Shown here: piece by piece, positions 8,316 to 16,236 of the stretch
How positions within the stretch are numbered: the first letter of the stretch is position 1
Layout: each line of letters begins with the position of its first letter
Origin: Micromonosporaceae bacterium
GTDB taxonomy: Bacteria > Actinomycetota > Actinomycetes > Mycobacteriales > Micromonosporaceae
Direction of reading: 5' to 3'
Length of the DNA: 30,061 nucleotides
NCBI GenBank assembly: GCA_036566005.1
Contig: DATCXD010000609.1
Span: forward strand, 1-30,061
Notes under the pieces: generated by a model
Database searches by the model: none
The model's input: the letters and a program-made list of their open reading frames with translations, nothing else
What the model was told of the DNA's origin: nothing
Made by a program: the position numbers and the translations under genes

Positions 8316-8846
8316 CTATTTCTGTCGCGGCGGGTGATTGATGGCCCACCTGGACCAGTCATCGAGTGCCTTATTGATCCTCAGGCCAGCCTCGGCGGCT
8401 ATGCGTATGGACCTGGTCTGCGGGCTGTCGCCGTACTCGCCGCGGTCCTTCGCGACGGCGATCGCTCGGTACTTGGCGGCGAGTTCGTGATAAAACGCCG
8501 CCTCCTTCTCGAGATGCGCGGCTAGCTCGTCGGGTGTCATGAGCCAGAAGAAGACGGACCGGAGCACCGGCTCCAGCCGCAGCGTGTGGTCCACGTCGAC
8601 GTCGGTCAGCCAGCGCCGGACCTCGCGGATGCCGGACTCGGTGGGCCGGTAGGTCTTTCGGCGTCGGGGGCCTTCGGATTCGATCTCGATGAAGCCTTCG
8701 GCCTCGAGCTTCCCCAGCTCGCCGTATATCTGCGGATGTCCCGCGGGCCAGACCGAGCCCAGTAGTTCCTCGAAGCGGCGGGTCAGGTCCCAGCCGCTCG
8801 CCGGCTGTTCGGCGAGGAGGCCGATCAGCGCGTGTCTCAGCGACAT
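8316..8846 (-). CDS. PadR-family transcriptional regulator (long subfamily with C-terminal helices, 176 aa)
   Basis: MSLRHALIGLLAEQPASGWDLTRRF...GHPQIYGELGKLEAEGFI...RRKTYRPTESG winged HTH, followed by a helical C-terminal domain. Confidence 0.92.
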   Translation of the reverse strand: MSLRHALIGLLAEQPASGWDLTRRFEELLGSVWPAGHPQIYGELGKLEAEGFIEIESEGPRRRKTYRPTESGIREVRRWLTDVDVDHTLRLEPVLRSVFFWLMTPDELAAHLEKEAAFYHELAAKYRAIAVAKDRGEYGDSPQTRSIRIAAEAGLRINKALDDWSRWAINHPPRQK

Positions 8847-8855
8847 GCTCTGCTC

Positions 8856-8949
8856 ACACGTGCACAGTAACATGTTGCCCTTGACATATTGAGGTCATGG
8901 CGCAATCCTAGTAGCACATGTTCAAACGAACATGTCCATACAGACATGG
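8856..8949. promoter_or_regulatory. PadR operator arrays (ATGT-N8-ACAT boxes)
   Basis: Half-sites ACACGT 8856, ACATGT 8870, ACATAT 8884 and ACATGT 8916, ACATGT 8930, ACATGG 8944, each triple at a 14-bp period. Three exact ATGT-N8-ACAT boxes at 8872-8887, 8918-8933 and 8932-8947. Includes the perfect palindrome ACATGTTC-AAAC-GAACATGT. ATGT-N8-ACAT is the described Bacillus subtilis PadR operator core. Confidence 0.8.
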
Positions 8950-8958
8950 GAGTGTTTC

Positions 8959-9798
8959 GTGGCACGAGCAGACAAGGGTAACGTGTTCATCACCGGGGCA
9001 GCGTCCGGCATCGGCGCTGCTACCACCGGCCAACTGATTCGCAACGGTTATCGGGTGTTCGCCGGCGTGCATCGCGACACCGGCTCGTTGGCCGGGGCGT
9101 CAGGGGTTCAAACTGTCCCGATCGACGTGACCGATCCGGGCAGTGTGGTCGCCGCGGCGAAGAACGTGGCGGCGGCAGTCGGATCGCAGGGGCTGCGGGC
9201 AGTCGTCAACAACGCCGGCGTCATCGTCCAAGGCCCGCTGGAGTTGGTCCCCGCGGACGAGTTGCGTCGCCAGTTCGAGATCAACACCGTCGGGCCGGTG
9301 CAGGTCATACAGGCGTTCCTCCCGCTGCTCCGGACAGGACACGGTCGCATCATCAACATCAGTGCGCCAACTGCCCGAGTGCCGATTCCGTTCATGGCGC
9401 CGATCGGCGCGAGCAAGGCAGCGCTCGCCTCGTTATCGGATTCGCTCCGACTGGAGTTGGGCGTCTGGGACATCCCCGTCGTCGTCATCGAGCCGGGCGG
9501 CACCGACACGGCGATCTTCCGCAAGGCCGAGGCAGCGATGCAGGACGCACTCGCCGCTGCCGATCCGGCAAAGATCGCCTCATACAGCGATCAACTCGCT
9601 GCCGTGGCAAAGGCGGCCGCGAAGCAGAAGCTCGGGCCGGCCGATCCGGTCGCCAAGGCGATCGCGGGCGCGGTTCAGGCTCGAAAGCCGCGGCGCCATT
9701 ACACCGCGGGGTCCGGCGTGGCGATATTCGGGGTGCTCGCACACGTCCCGGCCGGGCTACGCGAGCGGCTTGTCAAGTCCGTATTCGGACTCCGCTGA
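8959..9798 (+). CDS. Atypical SDR-fold NAD(P)-binding protein lacking the catalytic Ser and Tyr (279 aa)
   Basis: TGAASGIG, IDVT, NNAG and EPG are present, but the active site reads NISAP...MAPIGASK instead of NxSS...YxxSK. GTG 8959 follows a GGGAG RBS. Confidence 0.88.
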   Translation: MARADKGNVFITGAASGIGAATTGQLIRNGYRVFAGVHRDTGSLAGASGVQTVPIDVTDPGSVVAAAKNVAAAVGSQGLRAVVNNAGVIVQGPLELVPADELRRQFEINTVGPVQVIQAFLPLLRTGHGRIINISAPTARVPIPFMAPIGASKAALASLSDSLRLELGVWDIPVVVIEPGGTDTAIFRKAEAAMQDALAAADPAKIASYSDQLAAVAKAAAKQKLGPADPVAKAIAGAVQARKPRRHYTAGSGVAIFGVLAHVPAGLRERLVKSVFGLR

Positions 9799-9943
9799 GA
9801 GCTGACCAATCACGAAGGTCGCAGGACCCGTCGGCGACACCGACCTGCTCATCAGGAGCGACGACACCCGGGACGCGGTGCCTCGATCAGCGCACAGAAC
9901 GCACCATTCAACCAATCGGATCGACCGTCTACGCTGCCGCCCT

Positions 9944-11596
9944 TTAGCTCGGGCCGGTTCGGATGCTCCACGGCCCAGCACATTGCGTGGCCGGCCGGGC
10001 CGGAGCCGGCAACACCAGCGGCGGCTCCCGGAAGCGGTACACCAGGATGGTTCCGGCCAGTGCGTCGACCGGGCAGTAGTTGCGCAACCAGGCCAAGCGG
10101 GCGCTGTCGGCGCTGGTGAGCGCCGTCGCGGACACCGCGACCCAGCCGGACACCGCGCTCGGTACGACGCTGGACAGTGGACGAGCGCCTGGTATGTCCG
10201 ACTCGCTCACGCCCCGTGGCCCGAAGTAGGCGACCCACGGGTCACGGCCTTCGCTCCAGGATCGCAGCGCGTAGAAGCCCTGTCCCCAGTCGACATTGGA
10301 GTCGGTAACCACGGCGTAGCCGGGCGTGAACGGCGGGGCCGTCCACGCCAGCGAGGTCGGGAATGACACCGCCGTGCTGGCGAAGCCGGCCGCGAGCAGT
10401 ACGGCCGAGGTGACGGTGAGGGCCCGTCGCCATTCGAGCCCGAAGCGTTGAACGACCGGCACGAGCGAGCTGGCCGCCACCCCCCACAGCGCCAGCACCG
10501 GCAGCAGCAGCCGCACGCCGATATTGAGCGGCCCGGCGACGGTGAATCCGGCCAGCACGATCGCCGGCAGGCCGACCGCCAGCAGCGTACGTCGGCGGGC
10601 ATCCCGATCCGTCCACCACCACGCGACCGCGCCGCCGACCAGCAGCAGCAGGATCGGAGCCGGGTATTTGATCAACAGGCTCAGCGGCCAGAACCACCAA
10701 CGGGCACCGGTGTAGGCGATGCCGAGCAGATAGCCGTGGATCCCGCTGGCGTTGTAGGAGGCGAGGTAGGAGACCCCGTCCAGATACGGCTTGGGCGCGA
10801 TGACGGTCGGATGCGTGAGCACGACCGGGTCCAGGATCACGTACGGGATCCACAAGCCGATCCAGGCCACGGCGGCCGCCAGCCCCGTGTACGCGAGCGC
10901 GCGCCGGACACCGGACCGCCAACTCGCCCCGAGGATGACCGCGAGGCTCACGAGCACGACGAGCGCGCCGGAGATCGACGTACCGGCCGTCAGCGCCAGG
11001 GCGAGTCCGGTCCACACGACCGCGCGGATGGTACGGAGCCGGAGCCAGCGCGCCAGGGCCCACGAACTCAGCGTGACAGCGAGGGCGAACGGCACGTCGG
11101 TGCCGTCGAGGTGGCCGATCCCGAGCACGAGCGGTGACGCGAGCCAGAGCAGACCGGCCAGGGCGCCGGCCGTCGCGCCGAACAACTCAGCCGCCAGGGC
11201 GTACGCCGCGAACGCCACCCCGACGGTCTCCAGGAGCGGCACGAGCCGCGAGGCGAATGTGATGTCGCGCAGCCGGTCGGCCGACGACTGGGCCTGGACG
11301 AACTGTGCGCTGCACGTGCGCTCGTTGTCGTCGGCGCAGGACGCGGTCGCCGGGACAGCCGGGTGGACGGCGAGCACCGGAAGCGCCGCGAGCGCCTTCG
11401 GCAACGGCGGATGCTCGGCGTTGAACGCCAGGTCGTGGTGGAGCACCGCCGCGATGCCCGCGGCCACGTACACCGGCTCGTCGTACGTGGGGGAGTCGGA
11501 CCGCGCCTCGCTGAGCCCGAGCGCCAGAAAGCCGACGGCCGCGATGGCCAGCAGCGCGAACGGAAGCCGTCGCACCCAGGCAACGTTCGCGGTCAT
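9944..11596 (-). CDS. GT-C fold, lipid-carrier-dependent glycosyltransferase (ArnT/PMT, GT39/GT83-like)
   Basis: N-terminal TM followed by DSPTYDEPVY (conserved DE pair), NAEHPPL, many hydrophobic TM segments, and DSNVDWGQ in the C-terminal part. Confidence 0.85.
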   Translation of the reverse strand: MTANVAWVRRLPFALLAIAAVGFLALGLSEARSDSPTYDEPVYVAAGIAAVLHHDLAFNAEHPPLPKALAALPVLAVHPAVPATASCADDNERTCSAQFVQAQSSADRLRDITFASRLVPLLETVGVAFAAYALAAELFGATAGALAGLLWLASPLVLGIGHLDGTDVPFALAVTLSSWALARWLRLRTIRAVVWTGLALALTAGTSISGALVVLVSLAVILGASWRSGVRRALAYTGLAAAVAWIGLWIPYVILDPVVLTHPTVIAPKPYLDGVSYLASYNASGIHGYLLGIAYTGARWWFWPLSLLIKYPAPILLLLVGGAVAWWWTDRDARRRTLLAVGLPAIVLAGFTVAGPLNIGVRLLLPVLALWGVAASSLVPVVQRFGLEWRRALTVTSAVLLAAGFASTAVSFPTSLAWTAPPFTPGYAVVTDSNVDWGQGFYALRSWSEGRDPWVAYFGPRGVSESDIPGARPLSSVVPSAVSGWVAVSATALTSADSARLAWLRNYCPVDALAGTILVYRFREPPLVLPAPARPATQCAGPWSIRTGPS

Positions 11597-11758
11597 CGCG
11601 GTTGCCCGGAGTCTAGGAGCCAGATGATCTCGGACCAGCCTAACGGTATGACGATGGTCGCGCCGATCGCACGGCGCCCGAGCGAGCGTAGCAATGGGCG
11701 CCGCCGCGAGTCGGTTGCCGACCGGTTTGTCGGCGATGCCTGGGGCCCGGGGACGGCG

Positions 11759-11805
11759 ATGGCTGGGCCGGCAATGGCTGGGCCGGCAATGGTGATGGCT
11801 GGGCT
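11759..11805. repeat. 15-nt tandem repeat ATGGCTGGGCCGGCA
   Basis: Exact copies at 11759-11773 and 11774-11788, then ATGGTG and a partial copy ATGGCTGGGCT at 11795-11805. Intergenic. Confidence 0.85.
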
Positions 11806-11809
11806 CGAG

Positions 11810-12442
11810 CTACAACGCCGAGATTGTTGCCGGCGCGCGTTCGGCGCGGCTGAGGGCACGAAGCGCCGCGGTGTGGCCGTGGCGGCGGACCGACAGGCGA
11901 GTCAGTAGGTCGAAAACCGGCACCATCACCGACTCCGGAAGTTCCGGTGTCGGGATGCGTACGCTCACGGCCAGGTCGTCGGAGTGTACGGCGATCTCCA
12001 TCATGCGCGTGATCAGGAAGTCGTCGAGGGCCAGCGACCACGGGCCGGTCGGCATCCGTACGGATCGATCGATGGGTTCGTCCGGAAGCCGTACCGACAG
12101 CATGGCCAGCGCCTCGGACGCGGTCTCGGCGACGGCGGCCGGCCCCTCCTCCGCCGCCGACTCGCTGGCGGCGCGGATCGCCGTGTTGGTCTCCTGGTCC
12201 CAACTGGCGCCGAACCAGGTCGCTCGACCGTAGTGCTCGATGATCGTCACCCGCGCTACATCCGTCGGGGCGGCGTCCAATGCCCGTGCCGCGGAGACGA
12301 TCTGGCTGGTCAAATGCGCGGCGAGCCCGCCGACGGACATCCCGGCGAGCGCACTCGGCGCCGACCATGCCGCGGAGACCGCGGGATCGGCGACCAGGGT
12401 CGCGGCGGATGTTGCGGCGTGCAGGTATGCGTTTGCGATCAT
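11810..12442 (-). CDS. Maleylpyruvate isomerase N-terminal domain (DinB superfamily, mycothiol-dependent) protein, 210 aa
   Basis: WSAPSALAGMSVGGLAAHL and RMMEIAVHSDDLA (His...His/Asp metal triad). Start moved to ATG 12442. Confidence 0.82.
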   Translation of the reverse strand: MIANAYLHAATSAATLVADPAVSAAWSAPSALAGMSVGGLAAHLTSQIVSAARALDAAPTDVARVTIIEHYGRATWFGASWDQETNTAIRAASESAAEEGPAAVAETASEALAMLSVRLPDEPIDRSVRMPTGPWSLALDDFLITRMMEIAVHSDDLAVSVRIPTPELPESVMVPVFDLLTRLSVRRHGHTAALRALSRAERAPATISAL

Positions 12443-12455
12443 GCGCGGCAGGCTA
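12440..12455 (-). promoter_or_regulatory. Leaderless-transcript promoter signature
   Basis: TAGCCT (TANNNT) then 7 nt then ATG on the - strand, with no SD sequence. Confidence 0.55.
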
Positions 12456-12551
12456 GCAGTCCACGGCCCGAGCCGCCGCCTCAATACCGCACCAGGTCGC
12501 CGTCTCGACGCGCGCCGCATCGCCGCACGTGGATCACCGGACGTGGATCGC

Positions 12552-13247
12552 CTAATGGAACATGACGTAGCGGATCGGATCGGCGCCGGTCAGTCGATAG
12601 CGTCCCGGATCGGGTGTCCGGCCGCCGAGTAGGCGGACGAGCGTGACGGCGTCGGTCTCGAGCGTCGCATAGCGCCGATGGGTAGCGTCAGCCCCGAGGC
12701 TCAGTTCCGACGGTTCGCTACCCAGGCGCAGTGTGCCCAACGGCAGCTCCACCTGTGTCAGCGGGATCGCCGCTCGGGGGCGGCGGCTGAGCTCCTCGAA
12801 CAGGGTCACCGCATCGTGCAGGCCGTCGCTGGCGTACGCGGTCTCGATGCCGAGCGCGTCCCGGACATCGCCGCCGTGCAACCATTCGCCGAGCGCCAGG
12901 CGGTCCAGTTTGCCCTCGGCCGCCGCGATGACCGCCGCGCCCGCGGCGTAGTTGGTCTCGAGCTCGTCGAGCACCTGTTGGATCGGCAGCTGCTTGCGGT
13001 CATCGACGTCGCGCTGGTTCTCCTCGGGGGAGAAGCCGTGGGTGGTCCCGGCGGCGGCCATGCCGAGCGCAGCGGCGCAGTGGGCCACCACATCGCGCAC
13101 GCTCCAGCCCGGCAGCACCGTGGGCCGGTCGAAATCGTTCGGTCGCAAGCTCCGCAGGATGGGCAGGATCGCGTCGCGCTCGGTGAGGAGGAGCCAGGCT
13201 CCGCGGGACTGTGCGTGCGACGACTCGGCGGTCAGTGATTCGGTCAC
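12552..13247 (-). CDS. Maleylpyruvate isomerase family mycothiol-dependent enzyme (TIGR03083-like, DinB superfamily), 231 aa
   Basis: RPTVLPGWSVRDVVAHC and GEWLHGGDVRDALG motifs. Start moved to GTG 13247. Confidence 0.85.
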   Translation of the reverse strand: MTESLTAESSHAQSRGAWLLLTERDAILPILRSLRPNDFDRPTVLPGWSVRDVVAHCAAALGMAAAGTTHGFSPEENQRDVDDRKQLPIQQVLDELETNYAAGAAVIAAAEGKLDRLALGEWLHGGDVRDALGIETAYASDGLHDAVTLFEELSRRPRAAIPLTQVELPLGTLRLGSEPSELSLGADATHRRYATLETDAVTLVRLLGGRTPDPGRYRLTGADPIRYVMFH

Positions 13248-13259
13248 ACCGCGAGCGTA
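13245..13259 (-). promoter_or_regulatory. Leaderless-transcript promoter signature
   Basis: TACGCT (TANNNT) then 6 nt then GTG on the - strand, with no SD sequence. Confidence 0.55.
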
Positions 13260-13275
13260 GTTGGTTGCACGCGCG

Positions 13276-14037
13276 TCAAGGATGCATCGATCGTCCGGCA
13301 TTGCCGCGACCGAGCAGCAGCCGCCACGGTAGTAGAGCCGACTCCGCCTGTACGGACGCGCTCATCTTCGACCGGCCGTTGGTGCGGTCTTCGAAGCGGA
13401 TCGGCACTTCGACAATGGACAGCCCCGCGCGCGCCGCCCGGTAGTTCATCTCGACCTGGAACGCGTACCCGTTGCTGGCTATCGACGCCACGTCGACGGT
13501 GCGCAACGCATCGGCGTGCCAGGCCTTGAATCCAGCCGTCGCGTCGCGTACGCCAAGCTGCAGGATCGTATTCACGTAGCGGTTCGCCCACGTCGAGAGC
13601 AGCCGGCGTCGCATCGGCCAGTCGCTTGCGACCTCGCCACCGTCGACGTATCGCGAGCCGATGACCACGGCGGCCCGGCGTCGATCCAGGATGTCGACCA
13701 TCTGCGGAATCGCGGCGCACGGGTGGGAAAGGTCGGCGTCCATTTGGATCACGATGTCGGCGGCTTCGCTCAACGCGCGGCCGATCCCGGCAACGTACGC
13801 GCGTCCGAGTCCGTCCTTCGTCGATCGATGCAGAACCGTGATCGGGATCGGCGCGGTGATCGCGAGCTTGTCGGCGAGTTCGCCGGTCCCGTCCGGAGAG
13901 TCGTCATCGACCACGAGAAGGTGCAGGTTCGGCAGGCCCAGCGCGGCGAGAGAGTCGACGAGCGTCGGCAGATTGTCGCGCTCGTTGTAGGTCGGCACGA
14001 CCACGGTGATCTTTGTGCCCTCGGTCACGAGCCGCAC
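13276..14037 (-). CDS. ppm1: Polyprenol monophosphomannose synthase (GT2, DPM1/Ppm1-like)
   Basis: VVVPTYNERDNL, LVVDDDSPDGTG, GLGRAY, QMDADLSH (DxD), IGSRYVDGG, DATAGFK, SNGYAFQVE and EVPIRFEDR..G.SKMS. The start could instead be GTG 14028. Confidence 0.88.
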   Translation of the reverse strand: MRLVTEGTKITVVVPTYNERDNLPTLVDSLAALGLPNLHLLVVDDDSPDGTGELADKLAITAPIPITVLHRSTKDGLGRAYVAGIGRALSEAADIVIQMDADLSHPCAAIPQMVDILDRRRAAVVIGSRYVDGGEVASDWPMRRRLLSTWANRYVNTILQLGVRDATAGFKAWHADALRTVDVASIASNGYAFQVEMNYRAARAGLSIVEVPIRFEDRTNGRSKMSASVQAESALLPWRLLLGRGNAGRSMHP

Positions 14038-14068
14038 CGTTTCGCCCGCACCGTCTCCGCATGCCCGC

Positions 14069-14860
14069 TCATATGCGCGTGGTGGGCGGCTCGGTCGACG
14101 TGACCATAGTGAGGTCGCGGGTCGTGCTGACGGACAGGAGCGTGAGGGCGGCCAGCGCCACGCCGGCGATCGCCGGGAGCGCCACCTCCGTCCGGGTGGT
14201 CGCGGCGAACGACAGCACCATTGCCGCGGTCGCGGCGGTCGCCGTGGTCAGAAGGGCCATTCCGGCGTGTACCCGCGCTGTCGATGCAACCCGCGATCGG
14301 GCCGGATCCATGGTCGCGAGAATCCGGCATGTCTGGAACAAGGCGGCGGCGATCGCGAGATACCAGCACACGAGTATGACCAGGCGTAACGCCATGGGCG
14401 CGGACGCGGCCGCCGTGTGCGCGAACAGCGCCGCGCCGGCGCCGACGGCGCCCGGGATGGTCAGCCGCTTGACCGATTCGGCGGCGATCCAACGGACCAT
14501 GGCCGCGTCGCCGCGCGGCCATGGCGCGACGAGTACGGCGCCGACCGCGATCGCGATGGCGCTGGTAGCCAACCCCGCCTCGCGGGTGGCGTCGGCGACC
14601 AGATGACCGTCGGTCTCGACGAGGAGATGTGACAACAGCCAGCTGGCCATCGCCAGCGCGACCGCGGCGACGCAGACCCGGTTGAGCCGGCGCTGCCGAG
14701 TGTCGGCGGGCCAGACCGCCGGATGTAGCCACATGTCCACAATGCCGAGGGCGAGGCCCGGTACGTCGTGCGCCCGGACCGTCGAGGCTCGGATGTCCGC
14801 GCCCCACTGGGCTTGAAACGGCCGTGGGTAGAGCCGGATCAGGCGGTCGACCATGCTCAT
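14069..14860 (-). CDS. Integral membrane protein (about 6 TM) coupled to the short PadR, 263 aa
   Basis: ATG overlaps the PadR TGA (ATGA, 14857-14860). The N-terminal LIRLYPRPFQAQWGAD resembles the LLRLYPxxWRxRYGxE motif common in genes downstream of short PadRs, and is followed by hydrophobic segments. Confidence 0.75.
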   Translation of the reverse strand: MSMVDRLIRLYPRPFQAQWGADIRASTVRAHDVPGLALGIVDMWLHPAVWPADTRQRRLNRVCVAAVALAMASWLLSHLLVETDGHLVADATREAGLATSAIAIAVGAVLVAPWPRGDAAMVRWIAAESVKRLTIPGAVGAGAALFAHTAAASAPMALRLVILVCWYLAIAAALFQTCRILATMDPARSRVASTARVHAGMALLTTATAATAAMVLSFAATTRTEVALPAIAGVALAALTLLSVSTTRDLTMVTSTEPPTTRI

Positions 14861-15156
14861 GTCAGGCCGATCCCCAGGTTTCGCAGACCGGCCTGCGCGA
14901 TGTGCGCCATCGACCGCAACTCGTGTTCGAGCACCTCGCGTCCGGCCGCCGTGAGTCGGACGGGATGCTGGCGACCTTGCTCGCTCAGTCCTTCGACGAG
15001 ACCCTTCGCCTCGAGTCGGGCCAACGCCCCGTAGAGACTGCCGACGCCCAGCCGTCGCCCGGTGAGCTGTTCGATTGCCACATTGATGGCATAGCCATGC
15101 TGGGGACCGTCGGCCAAAGCGCACAGCACGAGTGTCTGCGCGTCTGTTGTCTGCAC
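14857..15156 (-). CDS. PadR-family regulator, short subfamily (99 aa)
   Basis: LVLCALADGPQHGYAI...LGVGSLYGALARLEAKGLV...VRLTAAGREVL. AAGGAGG RBS before GTG 15156. Confidence 0.92.
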   Translation of the reverse strand: MQTTDAQTLVLCALADGPQHGYAINVAIEQLTGRRLGVGSLYGALARLEAKGLVEGLSEQGRQHPVRLTAAGREVLEHELRSMAHIAQAGLRNLGIGLT

Positions 15157-15184
15157 CGGGACCTCCTTCGGGGGATAAGTCGAC

Positions 15185-15286
15185 AGGCTACTACACCTCA
15201 GGTACTACGTGACGAATAGTACGCGACATGTACTAGTGAGGGTGTTGCGTACTACGATCTAGGTACTACACCACCCGTACTATGCT
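15185..15286. promoter_or_regulatory. Seven 14-bp-phased TA(C/G)TA half-sites spanning two divergent promoters
   Basis: TACTA 15189, TACTA 15203, TAGTA 15217, TACTA 15231, then TACTA 15250, 15264, 15278 (spacings 14,14,14,19,14,14), most preceded by G. The end copies overlap -10 boxes TAGCCT (- strand, 15185-15190) and TATGCT (+ strand, 15281-15286). Confidence 0.75.
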
Positions 15287-15358
15287 GCGGTTGTGCCTTG
15301 GGTGGGACTTGGCGGCGAGTCCGTCGTGTCACCCCCGGCGTGCAACGGAAGGAGCGAC

Positions 15359-16135
15359 GTGCGACTTGCCCGACCGTTGTACGCGGTCTATACCCGCTGG
15401 CTTCGCCGGCAGGTGCTCAGCGCGCCGCGCCCGCAGCACGTCGGGCTCATTATGGACGGAAACCGCCGGTGGGCGCGGCAGATGGGCATGGCCAACCCCA
15501 GCGTCGGTCACCGCTACGGCGCCGAGCATGTCGAAGACGCGTTGTCGTGGTGCGAGGCGGTGGGGATCAAGCACGTCACGGTATTCGTCTGCTCGACCGA
15601 GAACCTCCAGCAGCGCGACAGCGACGAGGTCGCGTTCCTCATGGACCTGATTGAACACGTGATCGCCGACAAGCTCACGCGACCCGACGCCCGATGGCAG
15701 GTTCACGTGGCCGGCACTCTCGACCTGCTTCCCGACGCCACCGCCCGAGCGCTCAAGTCGGCGGTCGACGGCACTAGCCGTTGCGCCACGGGCGCGACGG
15801 TCACCCTCGCCATCGGGTACGGCGGCCGGCAGGAGGTCACCGACGCGCTGCGCGACCTCATGCTCGAACGGGCCGCAGACGGGCAATCGTTGGTCGACGT
15901 GGCCATGAACCTGACGACGGACGATATCGCCCGACACCTCTACACTGCCGGTCGTCCCGACCCCGACCTGGTCATTCGCACCAGCGGCGAGCAACGCATG
16001 TCGAACTTTCTACTGTGGCAGAGCGCGTACGCGGAGCTGTACTTCTGCGATGCGTACTGGCCGGCTTTCCGCGAGATCGACTTCCTTCGAGCGCTGCGAA
16101 GCTTCGGTGCGCGGGAACGGCGATTCGGAGCGTAA
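15359..16135 (+). CDS. cis-prenyltransferase (UppS family), short-chain Z-isoprenyl diphosphate synthase Rv1086-like, 258 aa
   Basis: HVGLIMDGNRRWA, STENL, AIGYGGRQE, PDPDLVIRTSGEQRMSNFLLWQSAY and WPAFREIDFLRAL. AAGGAG RBS before GTG 15359; an alternative leaderless start is GTG 15293. The N-terminus PLYAVYTRWLRR matches my recollection of the Rv1086 subgroup. Confidence 0.9.
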   Translation: MRLARPLYAVYTRWLRRQVLSAPRPQHVGLIMDGNRRWARQMGMANPSVGHRYGAEHVEDALSWCEAVGIKHVTVFVCSTENLQQRDSDEVAFLMDLIEHVIADKLTRPDARWQVHVAGTLDLLPDATARALKSAVDGTSRCATGATVTLAIGYGGRQEVTDALRDLMLERAADGQSLVDVAMNLTTDDIARHLYTAGRPDPDLVIRTSGEQRMSNFLLWQSAYAELYFCDAYWPAFREIDFLRALRSFGARERRFGA

Positions 16136-16236
16136 CGGCGGGCGTAGGGTGGGTCTGCCGGCTGGCCAGCTCTTGTAGCGGATTCGACCGAGCATCGTGC
16201 AGGTCGCCGCGACGCCACACGAGAGGCGGTCCCAGC

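Noticed and set aside
15185-15286. Periodic repeats as a CRISPR array or replication iterons
   Set aside because: The units are only 5-7 nt with 8-9 nt gaps, there are no cas or rep genes, and the position between divergent promoters next to padR fits operator sites.
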